64,000 nt of DNA from IMG/VR virus record IMGVR_UViG_3300050821_002279, positions 1-64,000 of that record. One strand, given 5' to 3'. The DNA is from a virus. Positions 28,375 through 38,911 of the stretch are shown in pieces (within the stretch, counting starts at the first letter, position 1; each line of letters begins with the position of its first letter). The notes beneath the pieces are model-generated. The model did no database searches, was not told where the DNA came from, and saw nothing but the letters and a program-made list of their open reading frames with translations. A program made the translations under genes and the position numbers.

Positions 28375-29297
28375 TAATTCGTTGGCAGTGTCGCTGAAGT
28401 CTCAATAATCAATGCGGCGATTTGCGTGTTGTCGGCGGCTGGCGTGAAAGCCATGAACGTCTTCCCGGCGAGCGTCCCGGTGCCGTTATACACCTGTAAA
28501 TTGTTCAAGCTCGTATTGGGGTGTAAGAAGTGCCAAATCCCCCTCATCTGCCCGCGAATGTTGTAAATCGGAGCCGTCGTTGGATCTGAAATCCAAATTG
28601 GAGAAAGGTAAAGCCCGCCATTCACAGGATCGGGAAACGGGATAACGCCGTTCATGAGCGCAGAGCTATTGGACTTAGCGGCGTCTCCGGTGCAAGCCAC
28701 ATTGATAGCGGTTCCTACTCCTGTGTATCCGCGAGGCATGTACGCGTTAGCTGAGGCCGTCTCGATGCTGTTGCTCAAGGCGGGGAATTTGTCGTAGTTA
28801 ACCCCGTTGTTGCTGCACTTGAGTAGCGTCCTATAGGCGTCGGACCCAAGGAATGAAAATATCTCCCCAAAGTAGAATGCGCCGTAGCCAGTAGCAACGG
28901 AGAAGGCTTTGCCGAGGATAACGATAACCGTTCGAGAATCCGCAAAGACGTGCCACTCGTTTGTTGCGGAACTTCCCTTGGATGTTTGGTTGTTCGTCGC
29001 GCCACTCGGGAATTGTCCAGTCCCAGTGTTGAATCCACTCATGGTCTCGAAGCCCCACATCGTAGCGATGGCCCCGATGTTGTCGTTGACCTGCCAATAA
29101 TGCTGAACGCCGCTCGGGGCGCGGTAAACTGCGATGTTTGTGCTGGTGAAAGGGCTCGTCCAGCCAGCGGCAACCTGAGTGCCGTAGCCGTTCACGAGGC
29201 AGGCATTGAGAACGCCGATTAGCGAGCCGACTGAGTTGAAATTTAGCACAGGAGCGGAGGCGTCCGTTGAAGCGTAGTGCGTGTATTGATTGCTCAT
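28374..29297 (-). CDS. tail-associated structural protein
   Basis: STDASAPVL...GSLIGVLNACLVNGYG...AAGW N-terminus known from phage tail proteins; RGQMRGIW. Confidence 0.65.
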   Translation of the reverse strand: MSNQYTHYASTDASAPVLNFNSVGSLIGVLNACLVNGYGTQVAAGWTSPFTSTNIAVYRAPSGVQHYWQVNDNIGAIATMWGFETMSGFNTGTGQFPSGATNNQTSKGSSATNEWHVFADSRTVIVILGKAFSVATGYGAFYFGEIFSFLGSDAYRTLLKCSNNGVNYDKFPALSNSIETASANAYMPRGYTGVGTAINVACTGDAAKSNSSALMNGVIPFPDPVNGGLYLSPIWISDPTTAPIYNIRGQMRGIWHFLHPNTSLNNLQVYNGTGTLAGKTFMAFTPAADNTQIAALIIETSATLPTN

Positions 29298-29303
29298 GAC
29301 ATT

Positions 29304-29591
29304 TCAATAAGTATCAGATTTTTCGACAAAAGGCGATCCTTCAAACCAAAGCCCGAAATCCTCATCCCCGGAAGAGCAGAGGACGGGAGCACCTTCCAAC
29401 CATACCCCAAAGTCGTTTAGAGTATTGCATGTCACCGTTGGCGGCGGTCCCGGGGGACTTGGAATGACGTTGAATAATCCCGGCTCGCAACACTCTTGGC
29501 TGTTGCAAGAATTGGCGCTAACAGCTTCTCTGTTTACGCTGCTAAACGGCGACGGCGCACAACATTCAAGCGATGGGCAAGGAAGGCTCAT
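29304..29591 (-). CDS. small Cys-rich virion protein
   Basis: MSLPCPSLECC...; C-terminal duplicated DFG(V/L)W(L/F)EG.P. Confidence 0.5.
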   Translation of the reverse strand: MSLPCPSLECCAPSPFSSVNREAVSANSCNSQECCEPGLFNVIPSPPGPPPTVTCNTLNDFGVWLEGAPVLCSSGDEDFGLWFEGSPFVEKSDTY

Positions 29592-31602
29592 GTTGCGTTC
29601 GGTTCTGGAGAGAGGCTCTCGGCCTCGTCCAAATTGTAAACTCGGAATTGCCGCATCCAACCATAGCCGGTAAATTCGATCCTTGGTTGCACCTCGTAGT
29701 TCGTGCGAAACTTCCTTCCTGCAATCGTATCGAAATCATCAGGCGGCATTCCAAGCTTGATCGGAGTGCGCTCTTGTTCACGGTACGTGTGCGGCCCCGT
29801 GCAATCAAAACCAGTGTAGGATACCGAAGCCCCGCTCGGCACGATTGTCCCAGGTGTCACCCCCGCCGTATTTTTCAAAGTTACCTGCGTCATCGAATTA
29901 ACAAGCGTGATCGTGAACGAGAATCCACCGATAACGACCGCACTGTTGAACGTGTTCATTCCGGCAGTCGTTGTCAATGTAACAACAACGGTTGCATTTA
30001 ATGCTGGCACGGTGAAAGGCCCGTTCGTTGTCGTTGTCTTCGGCCCGCCGCAATCCCGATACTTCGAGCAAACGGTACCAGATGACCAAAGCTGGTAGCA
30101 TGGGCTTTCGTCGGTGCGGTAGCGAACGGTGTAGGAAAGGCTTCCAACAAGATTCGAAACGATGATTCTGCCAGTTTCCAGACGCTTGAAAGCATCCGAG
30201 TCTCCGCAATTATAGCTCCTCAAGTCAACGCTCCACGAAATCGGCGAGCTTCCGTTGTCGAAGAGATCCCCGGTTGTAAGCTCCCAAAGCTCGATTTGAT
30301 TGCTCGCATTGAGGTTGTAGATGAAGCAACGCTCGCGACGATTGACGATGCCCTTGACGATTTTAAGAACGCGAAGACCGGACCAAATTCCCTCCCATGC
30401 CGGGGAACTGCTTCCACGAAGACTGCTGATAAGGTTGAAATCCAGAACCGCCAATCCGCGATGATAAACGCCATACGGAGAGTTTACCGGGCTGATCGTC
30501 ATCAAAAGGCGATTGTTGAACAACACCGCAGACCCGTACTCCAGAAGCTCCGGGGTATCGACGGAAATTTCATCGTCTATTTCGGAGCTTTGCGGCGTGT
30601 TGCCCTCGCTGCCGTTGAACTGCCTTTGAGCGGAGATATAGCTTCGAATGCCATCGATGGCTCGATACCAAATGTCTGAATTGACGAGCACCGTCGAATC
30701 CTGTCCCAACGCCCCATATATGGGATTCACCGTCTGAATCGGGTTCGCAAGATTCTTCCACGTCGTTCTGTCGAAAGGCAATTGTACCGTAAACACGGTG
30801 TAAGGCGTGAAAACAACAAGCGGACCCTGACCAAGAGCGGTGTCGCCTTGCGCACCAGACTTCATCGCGAGGATTGGCCCTACGGCGCTTGGGGCTCCAA
30901 AGACACGCGCCACGAAGTCTCCTCCCTCGTTGTAATAATTGTTCTCCGTGTAACGCAGCATCGCGTCACGATATTGGAGCGCGGGAGTGCCGGAAGATCC
31001 AAAGACAAGATCGCCAATGCGGAAGCTCTGACGGTCGGGCAGCGCAACTGTCAATCTGCCCTGGCAATAGCACATGACATTGCCAACGGGGACTTCGCTC
31101 AAAGATTGGTTTGATCTCCTTGCCAAGCTTCCGTTGAAGATTATCGGCAGGCTTTGGTTGTCTTGCAAAACAAAGTAGTTTTCGGCCTGAATGCCCCAGT
31201 TGATCGGAAGGATCGGGGAATTCACGTCCAAATTCCCACTCCCATCAGTTTTGAATGGGGTGATCTCCGTGACGGTGAAAGTGGTCAAATCCAGCATGAA
31301 CATCCGGCCACCTTGCGTTGAGACAAGGCACGGAACGTTAGCGCCGTCGTAAAAACCGGCTGATTGGAATGGACCTGAAGGGCTTTGGAATGGTGTTTGG
31401 ACGTTCGCGGCAAATGTTAAAGGCCGAAAACGATAACCCGGGCGAGGGGCAGCAGGACCGCCACGAAACGTGGTATTTACGGCAGCGGCTACTTGATCCG
31501 CCGCGATGTCGGATGCTGGCCGAGAGCCATCGACGCCGGAGACGAACGAGGCGTTTCCGTCCTTGCGCCAGTTTTTTGCGTCGGCTCGACTCGAAATAGC
31601 AT
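29588..31602 (-). CDS. tail nozzle / stabilisation protein (tail tubular B-like); start uncertain
   Basis: The 571-aa beta-rich ORF (29588-31303) extends in frame about 95 codons upstream (ADAKNWRKDGNASFVSGVDG...AVNTTFRGG..PRPG) with no in-frame ATG/GTG/TTG. The nearest ATG (31602) is out of frame across an A6 run. Confidence 0.65.
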
Positions 31603-31691
31603 TTGACGGATTACAAAGGTGGCACGCGCCACAACATCAGCGAATCCGATTGATTTATTGTCGCCTGCGAGCCTAAAGTCAATGAAAGATT

Positions 31692-32378
31692 GTGGCCACG
31701 ACACTTCCGCTACCATCCTCAGTACCGCAAACGACCTCTGCGATTGCTCAAAGCAATATCTTTCCAGGGGCAGCAATCTCGCAATCGGCGGATAAGGCTT
31801 CCTTGGCTGGAAACGGTGTCCTTGCAACGCACATCGTCAACCTTGGGGCTCGCGTCAAAGGCATTGCTTCGATTGTCGCTAGCGGGATCGTCTTCCTCGA
31901 TGATTGGACGTTGGCAACCGGAAAAAAGACGTTAGCAACCGGGGCTACGTACTATGCCGGGAGCGGCGGAATGCTGTCAACTTCAGGGTCTCAGCCAGTC
32001 GGGATTGCCATTTCGCCAACAAGCCTATCGGTTACGATACAGAATCAAGTTGCTCCCGTCGCACCGGCAAACACGAGCGGGTTTCAGTCTCAAATCGCGA
32101 GTTTGACTCAGCAACTCGCTTCTCTACAACTTTCGATACCGAAGATTTTCGCTGGAACATTCGCCATCGGAAGCGGGGTTAACTCCGGTACCGTGACCGG
32201 GCAAGCGGTACCTTTCACGCCTACTAGGGCAATCGCGGTGGTTCGCAAGCAAACCGGGGCTTTGAACATTTTCGCGACGGTAGTGGATACCACAATTACA
32301 ACGGATGGATTTGGATTTGTTCTCTCCTCGTTGACGGATACCGCGAACTACAAGCTGGATTTCATTATGTTGCCATGA
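31692..32378 (+). CDS. virion decoration/fibre-type protein
   Basis: LATGATYY....G.LST...Q.VGIAISPT cement-like motif, coiled coil, C-terminal beta domain paralogous to 58058-58441. Confidence 0.6.
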   Translation: MATTLPLPSSVPQTTSAIAQSNIFPGAAISQSADKASLAGNGVLATHIVNLGARVKGIASIVASGIVFLDDWTLATGKKTLATGATYYAGSGGMLSTSGSQPVGIAISPTSLSVTIQNQVAPVAPANTSGFQSQIASLTQQLASLQLSIPKIFAGTFAIGSGVNSGTVTGQAVPFTPTRAIAVVRKQTGALNIFATVVDTTITTDGFGFVLSSLTDTANYKLDFIMLP

Positions 32379-32701
32379 AAAAGATTGCCGTAGGTTTCGG
32401 TATTGGGATCGCCTTTTGCCTGCTTCTCGCGGCGGATCGGCTTGGTCTTTATCAAACTTTCCTGCAAAGCAATCTCGACGGCGGCGGGCAATCTGTAACG
32501 AACCTCAATAGCCTCACAGCGACAAATCTCACATCATCGTCAAATACCACCGCGCTTTTCTTCACTGTCAGCGGTGCAACGAATCAGGTTATTTTCGGAG
32601 CAACCAACACAGCGCCGGTCAATACGACGAACCCCGTGTATTGGATAAGCGTTCAAGTGGCTGGGTCGAACAACGTGCTGAGATTGCCTGTTTACCAATA
32701 A
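32375..32701 (+). CDS. signal-peptide-bearing TN-rich protein
   Basis: MKK plus hydrophobic stretch; LQSNLDGGGQSVTN; C-terminal W..V.V.G....LPVY fibre-tip-like end. Confidence 0.6.
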   Translation: MKKIAVGFGIGIAFCLLLAADRLGLYQTFLQSNLDGGGQSVTNLNSLTATNLTSSSNTTALFFTVSGATNQVIFGATNTAPVNTTNPVYWISVQVAGSNNVLRLPVYQ

Positions 32702-32839
32702 TGCCATTGACTTTTAACGTGAAATCAATCAAAGTATCACGAGCATTAAGACTGCTTAAAACATGGCTTACAAATTTCTCGCCCTTTCAGGAATTGCCGC
32801 TTTCCATGTGCGGGTCTTACTTTTTCTGTTGGGGCGAGC

Positions 32840-33370
32840 TTGCTTTTCAAAAACATGGACCCGATTCGTTGTTTAGATTGCGGAGAGCTTTACAGGAATT
32901 CCCCAGGCTGGAAATGTTGGTGTACCAGAAAATTGCACGTCCAAGAGAGAGTCCTAGAAAGAACCTACGTGGACGAAAATGGATGCTGGGTTTTCACCGG
33001 GGTAAAGATCGGAAGGGGATATCCTGCGATGGGTTGTGCTCGACACGGAGGGCAAATACATCAAGGCCATCGAGTATCATATTCGGCATTCATAGGAGAC
33101 ATACCGGAAGGCTGCCAATTAGATCACATGTGCGAAAACAAAGCCTGCATGAATCCGTGGCATCTGGAGCCGAAGACCGCGAAAATACACAAGCCGAGAC
33201 ATTATATCACTGTATGTCTGCGCGGCCATCCATACGATGAACAGAACACCAACATTTATGTTACAAAAAATGGATTCATTCACAGGACGTGCCGGACGTG
33301 CAATAGATTAAGGAGAACGCTGAGAACCATAAGGGATCGTGCCAAGAAAACCACCACCCAAACCACTTGA
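32840..33370 (+). CDS. HNH homing endonuclease
   Basis: GCWVFTG...GY...HRVSY..F.GDIPEG..LDHMC.NKAC.NPWHLE; C..GHPY...N...CRTC. Confidence 0.9.
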   Translation: MLFKNMDPIRCLDCGELYRNSPGWKCWCTRKLHVQERVLERTYVDENGCWVFTGVKIGRGYPAMGCARHGGQIHQGHRVSYSAFIGDIPEGCQLDHMCENKACMNPWHLEPKTAKIHKPRHYITVCLRGHPYDEQNTNIYVTKNGFIHRTCRTCNRLRRTLRTIRDRAKKTTTQTT

Positions 33371-35198
33371 TGTCGGGCTTGTAAAAACATACGGATGCCC
33401 GGTAAAGGTTGATTTAGTAAGATCCCAGCTTGGAAACAACACGCCTTTTTTTTATTGGCAGTGGGCATTTGCCCATCCAAAAGTTGCAAATGATAATGGT
33501 GCGCCTCCACGCGACGAGTTGTTTTGGAAAATAGCCGATGTCCTAACCCCTGGTTATTTCTGCCGCGATCCTTGGTCGGAGAGGATGATCAAAGCGTTGT
33601 GTTACAATAACTGGGTAGGAATTGCAGGATGCTCAAGCTCATCTAAAACTCACAATCTTACTGGATTTGCCGTAATATGGTGGCTTTGCTCGCCAAACGA
33701 ATCCAGCGTTATTTTCTGCTCCACTACCGCAAAATCGCTCCGAAAACGCAACTGGGCCAACGTTCAAAAAATCCGCTCGCTCATCCCGGGAATCCCGCAT
33801 GGAAATTTTGTAGATTCTCGGATGGTGTGGCAGACGAACAAGGGAGATGATCTTAACTCTATTTCTGGAATCGCCGTAGAAGAAGGCGACACCAAGGCTT
33901 CTGCTGATAAGATTAAAGGCACTCACACAAAGCGCCAGATGGTTGTCGCCAATGAAGCCAACTCGATTAACGGCGGCATCTGGGAAGCGTGCTACAACCT
34001 TTACTCGTACCCGGAGCAATGCGGCGGGGAATTCATTCTCGCAGCGGAAGCCAATCCTTCATCCTGGCATGACGAGTTTGGTAAATTCACAGAGCCCGAC
34101 AAAGGCATAACGAGCGTTTCGGTGGAGACCGAGGAATGGGACACAAGGCCGCAGTTGAACGGCAAGAATGGCATTTGCATACGCTTCGACGTTGAGCGTA
34201 CTCCAAACCTTGATTACCCTAGTGATAAGCCAATCAATAGGCATCTTCCCTCTCGTGAACGCGCAGAACGCTGTATGCGCTCAACGCAGAAAGACTCCGC
34301 TCTTTACTGGTCGAACGAACGCGGCTTTCCGCCTCCCGAAGGACTCAGTAAAAACGTCTTCTCAGAAGTCGCGCTTGAAATGGTCGGGGCCATGCAATCA
34401 CAGCGATTTACCGGGGAAGCGTTTCAAATCCTGGGAGCATTCGACCCGGCGAGAACTGGGGACAAGCCAACGCTGCGTTTTGCCGCTATGGGAAAGCTCG
34501 ACAACGGAAACATGGGCATCGAGTTGATGAAGCCCATCGAGCTTAGGGTGGACTTGAACAAAAGCGTTAATCAGAAAATCTCCATCGACTACCAGCTAAA
34601 AGACCAGCTTAAACGCGAGATGGAGAACGTTCAATATCGCGGGACAAAGACCGTGTGCCCTTGGAACAATCTGGGTATTGACGGTACCGGCGGCGGTGCG
34701 GACTTCTGCGACATCATCAATCAAACGTGTTCTTGGGACATCAAGCGCGTTGTGTTCTCAGAAGCGCCAAGTTCGGACGCGGTAAGCCATGAGGATCTTC
34801 GACCGGCAAACGAGAGGTACAGAAACCTGAGAGCGGAGATGTATTTTCGCGCACGGCAAGCCTTTGACACCGGGCAAATGAAGGGGCTCGACCCGGAGAC
34901 GAAGAAGGAGATGGCGACAATCACCTTTGATGATTCAAAGCCCTTGATCACGATTGTCTCAAAGGAAGATTACCGGCTCAAATACAAGTGTTCTCCCGAC
35001 AAGACAGATACCATCGTTATCCTGATTGAGGTCGCAAGGCGCAAGGGATTCAAGCTGGCAGTTGTCGGAGAGACGGTGAAGCGAGTTCAAGAGGTTGAGA
35101 AGGTATTCGAGCAATCTCAGGAAGTGTTCGCGGAGATTAATTATTCGCAAGACAACGAGGAATTTCAGGAGACGGATGCCAATTCGATTTACGCATGA
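33339..35198 (+). CDS. terL: terminase large subunit
   Basis: Walker A-like GCSSSSKT, Walker B-like MVVANEA, motif III ANP, nuclease residues in AFDPA, GIDGTG, NLRAEMY, SPDKTD; upstream of the portal. Confidence 0.85.
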   Translation: MPRKPPPKPLDVGLVKTYGCPVKVDLVRSQLGNNTPFFYWQWAFAHPKVANDNGAPPRDELFWKIADVLTPGYFCRDPWSERMIKALCYNNWVGIAGCSSSSKTHNLTGFAVIWWLCSPNESSVIFCSTTAKSLRKRNWANVQKIRSLIPGIPHGNFVDSRMVWQTNKGDDLNSISGIAVEEGDTKASADKIKGTHTKRQMVVANEANSINGGIWEACYNLYSYPEQCGGEFILAAEANPSSWHDEFGKFTEPDKGITSVSVETEEWDTRPQLNGKNGICIRFDVERTPNLDYPSDKPINRHLPSRERAERCMRSTQKDSALYWSNERGFPPPEGLSKNVFSEVALEMVGAMQSQRFTGEAFQILGAFDPARTGDKPTLRFAAMGKLDNGNMGIELMKPIELRVDLNKSVNQKISIDYQLKDQLKREMENVQYRGTKTVCPWNNLGIDGTGGGADFCDIINQTCSWDIKRVVFSEAPSSDAVSHEDLRPANERYRNLRAEMYFRARQAFDTGQMKGLDPETKKEMATITFDDSKPLITIVSKEDYRLKYKCSPDKTDTIVILIEVARRKGFKLAVVGETVKRVQEVEKVFEQSQEVFAEINYSQDNEEFQETDANSIYA

Positions 35199-35830
35199 AA
35201 ATGAAGCTTAGTCGCATTGGCGGCGTACCGTATGGTGGCCGATACGAAATCAACCGCCCCGATCTCGGAATGGTCGGCATGGGCACGGCGTTCGATATGC
35301 TTGAGACCAACGTGCGCAGATATCGTAAGGCCAACGGCATCCCAACCGGCCTTGGTTTTTCAGAAGAACTTGAGCAAGAAATTTGTAAGCTCTACCCCCA
35401 GGAATGTGAGCACGCCGATCCAAATCTGCCGTCAAATATCCGGCTCAGCTTTGAAGATGTCGTTCACGGCACGCAAGTGCTGGCATCGTTTAAACTCGCC
35501 GGATCTCCTTTAGTTCCCAAGCAAGAGGCGGAAAGACGCGCTTCGATTTGTTCTCAATGCAAGCTTCTTGTTCCATTTGCGCGGCCTTGCGGCGGGCTAT
35601 GCGGAGCATTGAAGACCGCCGTGGACGAACTCGTTGGCGGATACGAAATCGCTTTCGACAACGATTTGCGGGCGTGCGGTATCTGTCATTGCTTCGCCGC
35701 CTCACAGGTGAGGATACCATACGAACACCTCGAAAAAGGGCTCACCGAGCAGATGAAGGTGCAGTTTCAGGCGGCAAAGGCTGCGTGGGGGTGTTGGAAG
35801 GTGCAAGATTCTTCCACATCCGCCCCTTGA
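35195..35830 (+). CDS. Cys-rich conserved phage protein
   Basis: RASICSQC...CGGLC...LRACGICHC...CW. Confidence 0.7.
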   Translation: MKMKLSRIGGVPYGGRYEINRPDLGMVGMGTAFDMLETNVRRYRKANGIPTGLGFSEELEQEICKLYPQECEHADPNLPSNIRLSFEDVVHGTQVLASFKLAGSPLVPKQEAERRASICSQCKLLVPFARPCGGLCGALKTAVDELVGGYEIAFDNDLRACGICHCFAASQVRIPYEHLEKGLTEQMKVQFQAAKAAWGCWKVQDSSTSAP

Positions 35831-36437
35831 TAATATTGCGGATGGTCTCACGAAGAACTCCGCACTCCTTCGCCATGCCAGCCACAAGGCCCCATTTAGA
35901 TTTACTTGAATTGTAGCGCTGTCTTATTTTCAAAACTTGCTCCTCGGTAAACTTTGTAGTAACCGGGTGTTTCCTTGGTGGTTCGGTGAGAATTCGCTCG
36001 TCAGACCATCCTAGTTTCTTTCTTTGGTGGATTAGTTTTATAGATATGCCTGTTATTGTTTCCCATTCTTTGGCGTGGAGTGTTTGACCTTCGAACGTTA
36101 ACAAACTCCTCGGTCTCCGATTCAGCGCTTGTTCATTTGGATTTGCCCACCGGCAATTCATGGGCCAATTGTTAGCAATGCATTCAGGACACTGACCGCA
36201 CGAATAATGACCGTCATTATTTTTCCGATCTAACGATCTCCCTTCAGGACATGGCCCCATTATAGCCATGAAATTCAACTTGTCTTTAAAACCCTCACAC
36301 ATCTTAATTCCGCGACCTCCGTAGGCAAAATAATTCCAGCATTTCGGATTGCTGGTTCTTGCAAAGGCACTCCTTTGCGCGTGAAAAGCTCTAATTACTT
36401 CCTTGAAATGGACTACTTGGTTTTCAAACGGTTTCAT
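35742..36437 (-). CDS. HNH homing endonuclease (YGGRGI type)
   Basis: YGGRGIKMC...MGPCPEGRSLDRKNNDGHY...NCRWA..EQALNRR; C-terminal HTH. Confidence 0.9.
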   Translation of the reverse strand: MKPFENQVVHFKEVIRAFHAQRSAFARTSNPKCWNYFAYGGRGIKMCEGFKDKLNFMAIMGPCPEGRSLDRKNNDGHYSCGQCPECIANNWPMNCRWANPNEQALNRRPRSLLTFEGQTLHAKEWETITGISIKLIHQRKKLGWSDERILTEPPRKHPVTTKFTEEQVLKIRQRYNSSKSKWGLVAGMAKECGVLRETIRNIIKGRMWKNLAPSNTPTQPLPPETAPSSAR

Positions 36438-36594
36438 AACAAAACTCCGCGAAACAGGTTGTAACGTTCGGCCCATTTGAGGCAAAACACCCGAAACGCG
36501 GAGCTAAATTGTCTTGATTATTAAGGTAAAACGAACCAAACGTTACGGTGTGAGCATAAAACTTAACGCAAACCAAGTCAACCAAGGAGTTTAA

Positions 36595-38874
36595 ATGTCT
36601 TACGTCGGCGGAGAAGGTGATTACGGCTTGGAGAGTCTCCAGCTAAAAGAAAACGGAGGCGTTGCGGTTCCCGAGACGCGCATGAAGTCTGCGGCCCAGG
36701 TGCAAGACTTTGGCCGTCGCCTGTGGTTCAATGATGAGAAACGTTCCTTAAAAAGAGGCAAGGTAAATGGGCTCGTCGGTGGTTTTCCGCCGTACCGCAA
36801 TTCGAAGCTTCGGGATGCTGGGCTCGCGGCCAACTGTAACGCCAACTTCGGCACCGCTTCTGCCTACATGGAGAACGGTTCAGGAGCATACTACGATCTT
36901 TTCTCCGAAGCCCCCGGCACTGTTGGCATAAAAACCTCTCACGGCACGGATGAGCAAAGAGATGATTATTCCCGCATCATGTCGTCTGAAGCCGATAAGA
37001 TTTTCGCCAAAGACGATCTTTGGGATTACGAGATGCAAAGGAGTCAATGGGAAATGACGCTGCACGGTCCCGGGCCATTAATCTTCGAAGATGCTTTCAA
37101 AGTGCTTCCGCGTGCTGTCGGGGCTGGCGATTTCAAAGTGCCCGAACGAACCAAGGCTGATGCCGGGTATTACGAAATTGTTTGGGCTGATGTCGATTAT
37201 TACCCGCCAGAGCTGTACCAGTTTATCAAAAACGAGGCGGCGGCGGCTCAGGTTGGATGGGATGTCGATTACACTCAGCGTTGCATTGCAAACGCGATGG
37301 ATATTCGGCAACCAGAGCAGCGCGGGTACGACTGGGAATTTTACCAACAGGAAATCAAGAACAACAGTCTTAGCTATTACGACGATTCAAAGGTTATTCA
37401 CGTCGGCATTTGCTGGTGGAAAGAGTTCGATGGCAGGATTACCCAGGCAATCGTTGAGCGGGAGAGCACAACGGCAGAAGCTAGCACGGACGATTTGAGC
37501 AAGGGCGATGGGGGCGGGGTTAAATTCCTGTTCATCCACATAGGCCGGTACGCGAACTTTCGGGAAGCGGTTCATCCGATGTACTTCGACCGTGGCAACG
37601 GCGGGTACCATCATTCGGTCACGGGGCTTGGCTCGAAGATGTATTCGGCGATGGAATTCGAAAATCGTGGCCTTTGCCGCCTCTGGGACGGCGTATTCGC
37701 CCCCAAAGTCCTCTTCAAGCCGACAACCACGGAAGCCTCTCAGAAGATGCAGCTTGCCCACATGGGCAACTACGGCGTCATTCCCGCTGGATGGGAGGCA
37801 GAGGACATGCCGATTAATGGTTATATCAACGAGGGCTTGGCGATGTACCGGGCATCGTCGGACCTGATGCGCTCGAATCTTTCGAATTATCGGCAGCAAC
37901 CGGAGCCACAGAAACCCGGAAACCCGGAAACAAAGTTTGGTCGTCAACTCGATGCTGCCGCGCAATCCAGCCTTTCGAAAACCACGTTTAATCGGTACTA
38001 CCGACAGCTTGATTTGCTTTACGCCGAGATTGTTCGACGGCTTTGCAATCTCAACTCGACGGATAAACGCGCTCAAGAATTTCAGCAGCGTTGCATGGAT
38101 CAAGGCGTTCCAAAGGAATGCTTCGGTCGAATTGAAAGTGTGGAAGCAATTCGGGTCGTTGGCGAAGGCAGCGCGTTTCTTCGAAAATCTTCTCTTGGAG
38201 AGATGGGCAGTCTTGTGCCTGGATTACCAGAAGAAGGACAGCAAGCCTGGAAAGACGATATGATTGCCGCGACGTGCGGTCAACGCAGCGTCTCGCGGTA
38301 CAACCCAAGGAAGACGCCGGGGAAGATGCCGAATGACCAGCAATTCATGGCGCTCGAAGGCGTTTGCATGATGAAGAACGGCATTCCGCCGATTGTCACG
38401 TCATCGCAGAACGCGGTTACTTTTGCAGCCGCATATCTAAACGCTGGCGTGCAAGCCCTGCAAAGCGTCCAGAAGGGCGGAAACCCGGCAGAAGTATTGA
38501 AGTTCCTGGGACTGTGCGGACCCGCGATTCTGGCGCATCTAAAGCGATTTGCCAAAGATCCGTTGCGGCAGCAGGTTTTCAAGGCGATCTTAAAACAGTT
38601 TCAGCAGTTGGCTAAACTCACAGACCAATTGAAGAAAAAAGTTCAACAGATGCAGCAAAAGCAGAAGGAACAACAAGACAAGACGCAACAAGCGATGTCC
38701 GACCAGCAGATCGCCACTCAAAAGTTGAAGGGTGACGAAGCCAGAAAAAACGCGAAGCTTCAATTCCAAATCAAGAGGGATGCAATTAAAACGCGCTCTC
38801 AACTCGCCATTGCAGACGCCCAAGCGGCTTCACAGATTCATAGAAGTAATTCGTTAGCTGCTTTTCAAGAATAA
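36595..38874 (+). CDS. portal protein
   Basis: 759 aa after TerL, AAGGAG RBS, helical N-terminus, Q-rich coiled-coil C-terminal barrel typical of podovirus portals. Confidence 0.75.
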   Translation: MSYVGGEGDYGLESLQLKENGGVAVPETRMKSAAQVQDFGRRLWFNDEKRSLKRGKVNGLVGGFPPYRNSKLRDAGLAANCNANFGTASAYMENGSGAYYDLFSEAPGTVGIKTSHGTDEQRDDYSRIMSSEADKIFAKDDLWDYEMQRSQWEMTLHGPGPLIFEDAFKVLPRAVGAGDFKVPERTKADAGYYEIVWADVDYYPPELYQFIKNEAAAAQVGWDVDYTQRCIANAMDIRQPEQRGYDWEFYQQEIKNNSLSYYDDSKVIHVGICWWKEFDGRITQAIVERESTTAEASTDDLSKGDGGGVKFLFIHIGRYANFREAVHPMYFDRGNGGYHHSVTGLGSKMYSAMEFENRGLCRLWDGVFAPKVLFKPTTTEASQKMQLAHMGNYGVIPAGWEAEDMPINGYINEGLAMYRASSDLMRSNLSNYRQQPEPQKPGNPETKFGRQLDAAAQSSLSKTTFNRYYRQLDLLYAEIVRRLCNLNSTDKRAQEFQQRCMDQGVPKECFGRIESVEAIRVVGEGSAFLRKSSLGEMGSLVPGLPEEGQQAWKDDMIAATCGQRSVSRYNPRKTPGKMPNDQQFMALEGVCMMKNGIPPIVTSSQNAVTFAAAYLNAGVQALQSVQKGGNPAEVLKFLGLCGPAILAHLKRFAKDPLRQQVFKAILKQFQQLAKLTDQLKKKVQQMQQKQKEQQDKTQQAMSDQQIATQKLKGDEARKNAKLQFQIKRDAIKTRSQLAIADAQAASQIHRSNSLAAFQE

Positions 38875-38911
38875 AAAGAAAATGACTGCCCAAAAAATCA
38901 GGCAGTCATTT
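38872..38911 (-). terminator. intrinsic terminator closing the pentamer array (possibly bidirectional)
   Basis: Minus strand AAATGACTGCC-loop-GGCAGTCATTT followed by TCTTTT. Confidence 0.8.
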
